55,350 nucleotides of DNA from an uncultured euryarchaeote (GTDB lineage: Archaea; Thermoplasmatota; Poseidoniia; Poseidoniales; Poseidoniaceae), in contig CALBFP010000230.1 of the NCBI GenBank assembly GCA_937894115.1, positions 1-55,350 on the forward strand. Reading direction: 5' to 3'. The notes below the pieces were generated by a model, which did not search any database, was not told the DNA's origin, and was given only the letters and a program-made list of their open reading frames with translations. This document shows, piece after piece, positions 43,157-51,736 of this stretch. Within the stretch, counting starts at the first letter, position 1. Every line of letters starts with the position of its first letter. The translations under genes were made by a program, and so were the position numbers.

Positions 43157-45769
43157 ATGCGACGACGACAAACCGCAGTTGCGCTGTGCGTCGTGTTGTT
43201 TGCTTCATCCTTTGTTTCGATTTCAGTAAGTGCGAATGGCCCTCCTGCTCAAGTGGTGATTTCAACACCGTCAACAGTCATTTCATCCGATGGTGTGTTG
43301 CAAATGGAAGCGACACTATACGATGCGTTGAACAATGTTGTCGGTGGTGAGATTACGTGGTCAGCAAGCAATGGAACCATCGAAGAAACAGGGTTGTTTT
43401 TCCCATGGTCAGCTGGAATGGTAACCATTCGTGCAGAACATGCTGGCTTCAACGATACGGTTGTTGTCTCGGTCGAAGCTGGTTGGGGTCAATCCATTCG
43501 CATCAACACAACCGATCAACCGCGAGCAAAATATCCGTTTGTCTTGCAAGCCGATCTCATTGACTCTCACGACAACCCTCGTTCAGGTCAAGATGTTGTG
43601 TGGACCGTTGACGGTATCTATGTTGGCCAGGGTGAACCCTCATGGACGCCTCCTTCGCTCGGACTGTACGAAGTTGTTGCTCGTTACGACCAGCTTGAAA
43701 CAACGGTCACGATGGAAGCCATTGCGGGTGACCCTTTCGAATTTGTTTTTCCGAGCAACCTCATTTTGCGAAGTGGACAAGGTTTGCAGTTGTATCCCGA
43801 TCTTGTTGACTCGTACGGTCAGAAAATGAACAATACGCTTGCTGGAAACAAGGTATGGACCGTCGAAAATGGAACCATAACCCCTGTTGGATATTACTAT
43901 GCTTCCGCTCCTGGTATCTGGAATCTCTCGGTTCGAGCCGGTGCCATTTGGGGCAACAGCACAATCCGTGTTGTACCTGCTGATGCTTCGATTGTTGAAA
44001 TTGAAATTACACCCGATGAAACCGTGTATGTTTCTGGAGAATCCTACCGTCTTGATGCGGTTCGTACCGATTCGCAAGGCTACCGCTCGGCTGTCCCAAT
44101 TCCTTTAGGGAATTGGACTGTGGACAACGGCATACTTTCACAGGTTGGAGATGAGGTGTACTGGACCCCTGGTCAGTCAGGTCAGTTTGCAATTGATGTT
44201 GTCGATTCGGATGTCCCTGCTTCCATTAACGTGGATGTGGTGCACGGGTCAGCTTATGCTACACAGTTGGTCTCAAGTCAATCCTCTGTTTCCTCAGGAA
44301 CCCAATTGGCGTTGGTTCATGAGGCGACGGACACTTTTGGAAATGTTTGGCAGGTTGAAGCGAACATCACCAAGACAGAGGGTGAATTTGCCGCGGTTGA
44401 AATTTTTGAATCGTATGTTTCAATCATGCCGAAAGAATTGGAAGTTCTTCGATTCAGTTCCTCCTATTTTGATGCATCCACTGGAATTGTTCACCAGGCG
44501 CAATGGTCGGGTGAGGTTACTGCAGGTCGATTGGCTTCCATTGAATTGCCAGAATCGGGGACGCAGGTCGCTGCTGATTCGTATCTTGATTTCGATCCGA
44601 AGTTCAAGGATGCGTACGGCAATACCATCCCCTATGTCGCTGTAAACTGGACTGTAGCGGGTGTCGACCGTACTCTTGAGATTCGTATGGCCGATGGAAA
44701 ATGGTACCCAACTGAAGTGGGTGAACACGAAATACGAGCCAATGCGGATGGCGTCTTTGCAGCAGTTCGTATCAACGTTGTACCCGGAGAGGGGACCTCT
44801 CTCGTCACTGCTGGTGATGCAGGTTTGGTCATCGAAGCGGGCGTTCCGACCGACATTTTCGTTGAATTGGTGGACGTCCATCAAAACAAGGCTCCAGCAG
44901 AAAGCGTAGAACTGGTGACAGGCGGTTTTGTCCTCTTTGATGCATCATCGAGCGGTCCTGGTTATTGGCAATTAACAGGTGTAACGAGTGGGATTTACGA
45001 TCTTGAAATTGCACAGGGCGATGCTGAACACACCATTCCACTGACGATTGTTCCAGGTCAGGCCGTCCGTGTGATCACAGCTATGGCCAACGAGACTCGA
45101 AGCCAAGGTGAAGTTGCCCTCATCACTGTTTGGGCAGAGGATTCCCAAGGCAACAGAGTCGAAGTCAACCCAGACAAGACAGGTGTTAGTTGCACCTCAG
45201 GTAAGGCAAGTCATGTGAAATCAGATACATGGGAAATCGAACTTGAACAAGCAGGTTCCGACCGCTCCTGTACAGTGGAATGGAACGGATTGATATCGCA
45301 ACAATTCTTTGATGTTGATTCGGTTCTTCTTAGTGGTGCACTCGGTTCAACAAACACCGCAGTTTCCATCATCATTGCATTGCTGCTCATGATTTTCATC
45401 GTTTTGGTGGTCCTCATTCGCAAAGGAAGCCAAAAGGATGAGGATTGGGACGATGAGGATTATTACGACGATGATGAACTCGAAGAACATGCTGAAGAAA
45501 TCAATACCGAGGTCGAAGAAACGGTTTCTGCTGAACCTCAGACAGAACATTCCGATGCGGTTCAAACGGTGCAAGAATCCGCAGAACACATCCAACCCGA
45601 AATTGCCGATGACGTACGACAAGAGCTTGCAACAAAGGCAGGCCAAGTTGGTGTCATGCAGGCTGCGCCTGGGACAAGTCAAGGCGATACGGGATGGTAT
45701 GTTGACGCAAACACCGAGTTGCAATACTGGAACGTTGGTAGCGACGGGTCCTGGACACGAGTTCAGTGA
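43157..45769 (+). CDS. Secreted Ig-like repeat protein with C-terminal TM and acidic tail
   Basis: Signal MRRRQTAVALCVVLFASSFVSISVSA. Repeats with DxxGN-like turns and W(S/T)VxxG. TM AVSIIIALLLMIFIVLVVLI. Starts 8 nt after the giant gene's stop. Confidence 0.85.
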   Translation: MRRRQTAVALCVVLFASSFVSISVSANGPPAQVVISTPSTVISSDGVLQMEATLYDALNNVVGGEITWSASNGTIEETGLFFPWSAGMVTIRAEHAGFNDTVVVSVEAGWGQSIRINTTDQPRAKYPFVLQADLIDSHDNPRSGQDVVWTVDGIYVGQGEPSWTPPSLGLYEVVARYDQLETTVTMEAIAGDPFEFVFPSNLILRSGQGLQLYPDLVDSYGQKMNNTLAGNKVWTVENGTITPVGYYYASAPGIWNLSVRAGAIWGNSTIRVVPADASIVEIEITPDETVYVSGESYRLDAVRTDSQGYRSAVPIPLGNWTVDNGILSQVGDEVYWTPGQSGQFAIDVVDSDVPASINVDVVHGSAYATQLVSSQSSVSSGTQLALVHEATDTFGNVWQVEANITKTEGEFAAVEIFESYVSIMPKELEVLRFSSSYFDASTGIVHQAQWSGEVTAGRLASIELPESGTQVAADSYLDFDPKFKDAYGNTIPYVAVNWTVAGVDRTLEIRMADGKWYPTEVGEHEIRANADGVFAAVRINVVPGEGTSLVTAGDAGLVIEAGVPTDIFVELVDVHQNKAPAESVELVTGGFVLFDASSSGPGYWQLTGVTSGIYDLEIAQGDAEHTIPLTIVPGQAVRVITAMANETRSQGEVALITVWAEDSQGNRVEVNPDKTGVSCTSGKASHVKSDTWEIELEQAGSDRSCTVEWNGLISQQFFDVDSVLLSGALGSTNTAVSIIIALLLMIFIVLVVLIRKGSQKDEDWDDEDYYDDDELEEHAEEINTEVEETVSAEPQTEHSDAVQTVQESAEHIQPEIADDVRQELATKAGQVGVMQAAPGTSQGDTGWYVDANTELQYWNVGSDGSWTRVQ

Positions 45770-47760
45770 TGGTCTGTGGTGCTATGGGCGTTGAAGAACA
45801 TCGAGACTGGGGAAACGTGGATTATGCGCCCTTGTTGAACGGTCAAGCATTTCCACCAGATTTCATGTGGGGTGTTGCAACTGCATCGCATCAAATTGAG
45901 GGCGGTAACACCAACAACTGGTCGCAATTTGAACCTTCTTCTAAGAGCGGCCAACACAGCGGGGATGCATGCGATCATTGGAACCGAAGGACTGAAGATT
46001 TGGAACTTATTCAAAATCTCAAGGTTACCCATTACAGATTTTCCCTTGAATGGAGTCGGATTGAACCTGAAATGGGGGTCTGGAATGAAGACGCAATTGC
46101 TTGGTACAGCGGTCTCGTTGATGATTTATTGCAACGCGGCATTCAACCAATGGTCACACTTCATCATTTTACCAATCCATTGTGGTGGGAAGATTTAGGT
46201 GCATTCGAAAAGGAGGCGAACATTGTATATTGGATTCGATTTAGTACGAAAATGTTTGAGGTTTTGAGTGACCGAGTGACATGGTGGTGCACAATTAACG
46301 AGCCCGCTGTCTATGCTTCAATGGGGTATGTGCTTGGTGAATTCCCTCCAGGCGAACGCTCATTCCGAAAGACGCGAAACGTGTCGCTTAACCTGATGCG
46401 CGCTCATGCCCGTTGCTACCGTATGCTAAAATCCATGGAAAACGGACCGAAAGCAACCATTGGATTGGTCAAAAACATCAACATTTTCGATCCGTACAGA
46501 CGTTGGAATCCATTGCACAGGATACAGGCAAATCTCCTCGATGGAATGTTCAATCGATGCTGGCTCAAGGGGTTGAAAAACGGCCGATTTAAGCCTCCTT
46601 CAGCGTTTCGTAGTGTTGCCATTGAAGGCCTAAAATCCAGCAGCGATTTCATCGGATTAAATTACTACACGCATTTGTTGACAACACCTTTTATGCCGAC
46701 GAAGGTGGAAATTGATCCCTTGATACGACCTTGGGAAGAACGCACTGATTTCCGATACGCAATGTATGCAGAGGGTCTTGAACGTGCAATAGAGATGGTT
46801 GCCGATCTCAACATACCGATTATCGTAACCGAGAACGGCGTCGCAGATGACGACGACGACATGCGTCCAGAACACGTACGAAGGCATTTACAAATCACCT
46901 CAGAAGCGATTGCTAAAGGATACGACGTTCGAGGATTTTATCATTGGACACTTATGGATAATTTTGAGTGGGCCGAGGGGTACAACCAACGTTTTGGTTT
47001 GTACCATGTTGATTTTGATACACAAAAGCGAACCCTCCGTAAAAGTGGAGCGTTGTATGCGTCCATTGCTCAAAATCATCGAATGCCGCAAGTGGTTGTC
47101 CTTGCAGGAGGGCTTGGTAGCCGACTTGGTGAGAAAACCAAAGACACACCGAAACCTCTGGTCGAAGTTGGAGGAAAGCCTATGTTGACTCACATACTTG
47201 ATTGGGTAAACGCTCAAGGATGCAATCGTGTGTTGGTCTTAACAGGACATCATGGTGAAAAATTTGATGATTTTTCGTATCCTGGCCTTGAACTTTCTTT
47301 TGTTCAAGAATCTCATCAATTGGGTACAGGCGGTGCGTTATGGAACGCAAGAGACGAACTCGAGGACGAGTTTATCCTGTTGTGGGGTGACGATTACCAC
47401 CCCATTGATTACAACCCTCTTGTCGAACTTCATCGAAAGACTTCGTCACCGTTGACGATGACGGTAACCGCAGATCATGAAGAGAAAAATCTACAATTCG
47501 AACAAGGGCGATTGGTTGCCTACAACAAAGAAGAGATCGACATCGGTCGATTCAATGGCTATGAAGCAGGAACCTCAGTGGTTCGTAAATCCGTTGTGTT
47601 GGATCACGGAAAAGAAGGAACATGGTCGTGGGAGAACACAATCTATCCAACACTTTCTACCGAGATTCATGTGCACGTGGATTCCACACCGTTCTGGGAC
47701 ATTGGAACGCCTGAACGTCTTGAACGATTAGAGAAATTCTTCAACGAATCCAGCCGCTGA
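45769..47760 (+). CDS. Fusion: GH1 beta-glycosidase plus sugar-1-phosphate nucleotidyltransferase
   Basis: GH1 motifs FMWGVATASHQIEG, YRFSLEWSRI, TINEP (acid/base), TENG (nucleophile), WTLMDNFEW. From 47083, NTP-transferase motifs VLAGGLGSRL, PKPLVEVGGKPML, LGTGGAL, GDD, DIGTPE. Confidence 0.92.
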   Translation: MVCGAMGVEEHRDWGNVDYAPLLNGQAFPPDFMWGVATASHQIEGGNTNNWSQFEPSSKSGQHSGDACDHWNRRTEDLELIQNLKVTHYRFSLEWSRIEPEMGVWNEDAIAWYSGLVDDLLQRGIQPMVTLHHFTNPLWWEDLGAFEKEANIVYWIRFSTKMFEVLSDRVTWWCTINEPAVYASMGYVLGEFPPGERSFRKTRNVSLNLMRAHARCYRMLKSMENGPKATIGLVKNINIFDPYRRWNPLHRIQANLLDGMFNRCWLKGLKNGRFKPPSAFRSVAIEGLKSSSDFIGLNYYTHLLTTPFMPTKVEIDPLIRPWEERTDFRYAMYAEGLERAIEMVADLNIPIIVTENGVADDDDDMRPEHVRRHLQITSEAIAKGYDVRGFYHWTLMDNFEWAEGYNQRFGLYHVDFDTQKRTLRKSGALYASIAQNHRMPQVVVLAGGLGSRLGEKTKDTPKPLVEVGGKPMLTHILDWVNAQGCNRVLVLTGHHGEKFDDFSYPGLELSFVQESHQLGTGGALWNARDELEDEFILLWGDDYHPIDYNPLVELHRKTSSPLTMTVTADHEEKNLQFEQGRLVAYNKEEIDIGRFNGYEAGTSVVRKSVVLDHGKEGTWSWENTIYPTLSTEIHVHVDSTPFWDIGTPERLERLEKFFNESSR

Positions 47761-48561
47761 TGCAATCAGCATGTTTTGCTCAGGAAGGACGCCTTCACGT
47801 TCGACCAGTACCAGAATCATCCCGCCAAATCCTCCTCCCATCATTCGGGCACCGTGGACACCCTCCAATCGTTGCAATGCTTCAACTTGGGCATCCATTT
47901 CCGGTGTACTTACGCCGATTGAGCGCAAAGAGTCATGGGTGGTGTTGAGCAACCCGCCAAGAACCTCAGGAATGGCGTTAACAGCATCATGAACACGCGC
48001 ATTTTCTTCAGTTATGTGGGTCTGTTTGATTTGCTCTGTGGTTGTTTGTCGATAATTATGGGTTCGAAGTGTCCGATGAATTCCAGAGTCGATCAGTTTG
48101 AATTTCCACGAATCCGGTAACACCATCGCAGCAGTTTCCATTGTTGAAAAGTCAATCAGCGTGCAGTGTTGAGTGGTAGAATACATCATAGCCATTTGGT
48201 CCAAAAGACCGCACGGAGTTCCAAGAACGACATGCTCCAGACGTTGTGCTTCCAAACATGCTGCTTGTTTGTCCATATCAGGTCCATGGGCACAGAGAAC
48301 AACAGCAAGACACAATGCTGCAGATGAAGCCATTCCTTTACCAATTGGAATGGTGCTATCGACCTTCAAGTGAGCAGGTGGACCCCCTGCTTCTCTCCAC
48401 AATGCCAACACCGTTTCGTCACCAACGTACTCTGATTGATTAAAATCCACGTCTAAAATCAAACGATGCTGAGAGGCGAAGGCAAGTGAACAACCTCCAG
48501 CATAATCGGTGTGTTCTCCGATAATGTTGACGCGTCCAGGCACAGATGCTCGACGCCTCAT
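47728..48561 (-). CDS. galK: Galactokinase-family GHMP sugar kinase (compact, 277 aa)
   Basis: PGRVNIIGEHTDY signature, PIGKGMASSAA, CGLLDQ, GARMMGGGFGG. Substrate not certain. Confidence 0.8.
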   Translation of the reverse strand: MRRRASVPGRVNIIGEHTDYAGGCSLAFASQHRLILDVDFNQSEYVGDETVLALWREAGGPPAHLKVDSTIPIGKGMASSAALCLAVVLCAHGPDMDKQAACLEAQRLEHVVLGTPCGLLDQMAMMYSTTQHCTLIDFSTMETAAMVLPDSWKFKLIDSGIHRTLRTHNYRQTTTEQIKQTHITEENARVHDAVNAIPEVLGGLLNTTHDSLRSIGVSTPEMDAQVEALQRLEGVHGARMMGGGFGGMILVLVEREGVLPEQNMLIASAAGFVEEFL

Positions 48562-49529
48562 TCTTGCACATCCTCGCTGATGGCGAGGTCAAACCATACT
48601 GGATAGTGATCTGAAACATCCGAATCACTCATGTTGCGATCAACCCCCCATCGGTCGAAAAATCGGCCATTGACATCACTGGTCATGACGATTCGATCGT
48701 AAGCACAGTGGGTGTTCTCAGAAAATGTGGTATCTGCTGAATCCGGAACGACCCATGTGTACTCAGAGCTCCTGATGTCCAATTGATCCAGTTCGTATGT
48801 CGAGGCGTATCCGCAGTCAGCATTGAAATCACCTAAGACGATGATGTGGTTGTGGGTTGAATTTCGCTTGTATGTTTCAACAACGTTGTGCAAGGCCCCC
48901 GTTTCATTAACGGCAGAAGCCGGCTTGGTATGGACGGTAATCAACGCAATCTCTTCGAGTATTGAACCATTGTCCGCCAGCAAATTGAAGTTTGAAATCA
49001 GCGGTTCTCTCTGGAATTGGTCGTTCTCAGAATCGTTGTGTAGCCAAAACGATGTCGCTTCAAATCGTGAGGTTCGGTAATAGAATGCATATTGTTCTTG
49101 TCCGCTTTGATCGTCGTCTTGTTGCCCAGAACGCTCACTCAGAACCAAGGCATACGTTTCGTTGGATTTTGCATTGATGGCTTCAAGAAAATCATAGGGA
49201 ACCGTTTGATCGAGGTCTTTGATTTCCTGGACAACAAGCATGTCGTAACGCATGGTGATGTTTACCAGTTCGGAAACCACGTCCGCTTTCCCCATTTTTG
49301 CTTCACCAAAAATCTTGATGTTGAAGGTTGCAATGCGAGCAACGTCCTCTCGACGAGGTGGCTCCGATCGTGCATCAATCTCTTCGTCCTCCTCAGAATC
49401 AACCTCCACATAGACGGTTCGCCACAAAGGGCTTTCATCTTGATGAACGAGGAGCTGAATGGTCATTGGAAAGAGAATCAAGAGTGCAACAAGCATGACA
49501 CCTTGCAACGCTTTGTCTTGCCGTGCCAT
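48558..49529 (-). CDS. Membrane-anchored DNase I-like endonuclease (EEP superfamily)
   Basis: N-terminal TM, then IATFNIKIFG, VQEIKD, EQYAFYY, FQREP, VHTKP, GDFNADCGY, DTT, CAYDRIV, SDHYPV. Confidence 0.9.
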   Translation of the reverse strand: MARQDKALQGVMLVALLILFPMTIQLLVHQDESPLWRTVYVEVDSEEDEEIDARSEPPRREDVARIATFNIKIFGEAKMGKADVVSELVNITMRYDMLVVQEIKDLDQTVPYDFLEAINAKSNETYALVLSERSGQQDDDQSGQEQYAFYYRTSRFEATSFWLHNDSENDQFQREPLISNFNLLADNGSILEEIALITVHTKPASAVNETGALHNVVETYKRNSTHNHIIVLGDFNADCGYASTYELDQLDIRSSEYTWVVPDSADTTFSENTHCAYDRIVMTSDVNGRFFDRWGVDRNMSDSDVSDHYPVWFDLAISEDVQE

Positions 49530-49617
49530 GAGTCTGGATTGGCATCACTGTTATGAATCCTCAAGGTGCATTCTATCTCAAGCATAGGTTCTTGGCGCGA
49601 ATCTGTTTCGTCGACAC

Positions 49618-50448
49618 ATGGCAGAAGAGGTTTCGATGGAAAAGGCCAAGGAAATCGTCGACATGTTGACGCGTGGAGGTTCCATTGATTCCATCAATAC
49701 ACCGCTGGCGTTAGGAATCTTGCCGTTGGTTGAATCCATAGGTGATGTGGAATTGCTGAACCGTTTGGTCGAACATGCGCAAACAGCAGCAAAGGATGAC
49801 GTTGAAAGAGGATGGGCACGTTTTGAGCACCTCAAGAGAAATTCTGGTAGTATTGACGAGTTCGCCGAATTGGCGTTTGAATCTGAATCGCTTGAAAACG
49901 GGGCGCCACTTGCTGCTGCCTTATTGCACCATCACGGACTCATGCTTCTCTCTCTCGATGAAAACGAAGCAGCACAGACATCCGTACGCCGTTCCTTAAC
50001 CTTGAGAGAATCCATCGAAGACAAGGAAGGGATGATCTACGGTCTTGCGGTTCTCTCCCATTGCGCACGAATAGCGCAAGATTGGGATACTGCAATTCTC
50101 CATGACACGAGACGCCTTGAACTCGCCATAGTCTTGGAAAAGGATGTTCTTCGCATGGAGGCCCTCGCCGACATGGCGCATGCTCAAGCCAGCCTTGGAG
50201 AGCTCGGTACTGCATCAGAAATGTATCAAGAAAGCCTGGATCTTGCCAAACGCCTTGAAGATCCTGCGGGCCATCTGGTGGCAAGTTGGGGCATTGCCGA
50301 CCTTGCAGAAATCGAAATGCGGTACAACGATGCATTACTCGCTTTGTCCGATACGATGCATTTGTTCATGCAATTGGGTCTTGCCACTCCAGATTTGCTC
50401 AAGAAGCGTCTCCATGATTTGACCTCCCTCGGTGAAGAGGTTAACTAG
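49618..50448 (+). CDS. TPR-like helical repeat protein
   Basis: Ala/Leu/Glu-rich helical repeats, e.g. ALADMAHAQASLGELGTASEMYQESLDLA. Confidence 0.7.
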   Translation: MAEEVSMEKAKEIVDMLTRGGSIDSINTPLALGILPLVESIGDVELLNRLVEHAQTAAKDDVERGWARFEHLKRNSGSIDEFAELAFESESLENGAPLAAALLHHHGLMLLSLDENEAAQTSVRRSLTLRESIEDKEGMIYGLAVLSHCARIAQDWDTAILHDTRRLELAIVLEKDVLRMEALADMAHAQASLGELGTASEMYQESLDLAKRLEDPAGHLVASWGIADLAEIEMRYNDALLALSDTMHLFMQLGLATPDLLKKRLHDLTSLGEEVN

Positions 50449-50500
50449 GCTACGAACGGGTTATGTTGTTTGACGTGTTGGGGATGAAGAGGGGAAGTGC

Positions 50501-51736
50501 ATGAAACACGACATTTTCTTCTCCATCAGTCAAACGCCTGACGCTGATGGGCACATCCCCGATGAACAAACCATGTTGAGAAATTACTTCCAACAACTGG
50601 AAACAGCGGACGAGTTGGGGTTCGGTGTTGGATGGCTTGCTCAAGCCCACCTCTCAACCGAGACTCAAAAATCAAACAAACACCCCGTTGTTCCGCACTG
50701 GCAAGGGGAAGTTGGCCTTTGTACGGACTTCCCTCAACTTGCTATGGAGTCCTTCCGTCGGACCAACGACATTGAAATCGGTAGTGCAGTTGTTTCCATA
50801 CTTGCATCCGGTGGCCCAATTGCACAAGCAGAGCGCATTGCCAATACCTTGCAACTCCTAGCTGTTAACGACGATAAGCGCAAACTGCACGTTGGATTCT
50901 CAGCAGGACGGTTTGAATTTATGGCCCGACCCTACGGTATTGTTCCACGAACACCTCTCGAAGAGGCTGCATGGCCCGCTTTGCGATCTCAGATTTTCTT
51001 GGAGGCCAGTGAAATCTTCTTGCGTTTACTTCGAGGGGATACCGTTTCCTCACAGATCGTTCGTAAGACAACACTTACCAGAAAGAATTTCAAAAACGAA
51101 GAGGATTGGGAACGGGTTCAACAAATCAACGGTTCTGATGATGATGAGATTGCTTTTGAACGCCGATACTTGTTTGAAGACATTCGCATCGTTCCAAACA
51201 CCTTCAATCGCGACCAACTTGTGCTTGTCGCTGGCACGCACGATCCCGATGCTCAAGTCTTCGTCAATTCGATCCTCCCTGTTCGCGTCTTCAATCTCTC
51301 GATCACCCAACCCGAAGTAATCGAGGCGACCCATGAACGAATGCGAGCATGTTTTCACCCCGATGGTGGTGCTTGGATACGTTCATACATGCCTCGAACA
51401 AGTTTTGTTTTCCTCAACGACGAACCGCATCTCGATATGGAGCAACAACGAGCTGAAGCACACCGCGAAGCCGAGCAAGCCTTGGGCGCCTATTGGAACG
51501 CTCTTGAAGGGACCATCGACCCCTCAAAGGTCCAGAACGCTGCGCAAAACGCCTTGATTGGAAATGTTGAAGACGTTGCTCAACAATTGGTCGCAAGATT
51601 TCATCCAAAAGATCGGATTATGGCCTGGTTTGATTTCTTCAATCACGACAGCGATCGTGTCTGTCGCAACATGCGGGCATACATGCAAAAGGTGGTGCCA
51701 AGAGTTGAGGAACTGCTGGGAAGTGATGTACCGTGA
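50501..51736 (+). CDS. LLM-class (luciferase-like) flavin-dependent oxidoreductase
   Basis: ADELGFGVGWLAQAH, RTNDIEIGSAV, P...AE.IA...., LHVGFSAG, C-terminal LIGNVEDVAQQL...F...VVP. Confidence 0.8.
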   Translation: MKHDIFFSISQTPDADGHIPDEQTMLRNYFQQLETADELGFGVGWLAQAHLSTETQKSNKHPVVPHWQGEVGLCTDFPQLAMESFRRTNDIEIGSAVVSILASGGPIAQAERIANTLQLLAVNDDKRKLHVGFSAGRFEFMARPYGIVPRTPLEEAAWPALRSQIFLEASEIFLRLLRGDTVSSQIVRKTTLTRKNFKNEEDWERVQQINGSDDDEIAFERRYLFEDIRIVPNTFNRDQLVLVAGTHDPDAQVFVNSILPVRVFNLSITQPEVIEATHERMRACFHPDGGAWIRSYMPRTSFVFLNDEPHLDMEQQRAEAHREAEQALGAYWNALEGTIDPSKVQNAAQNALIGNVEDVAQQLVARFHPKDRIMAWFDFFNHDSDRVCRNMRAYMQKVVPRVEELLGSDVP

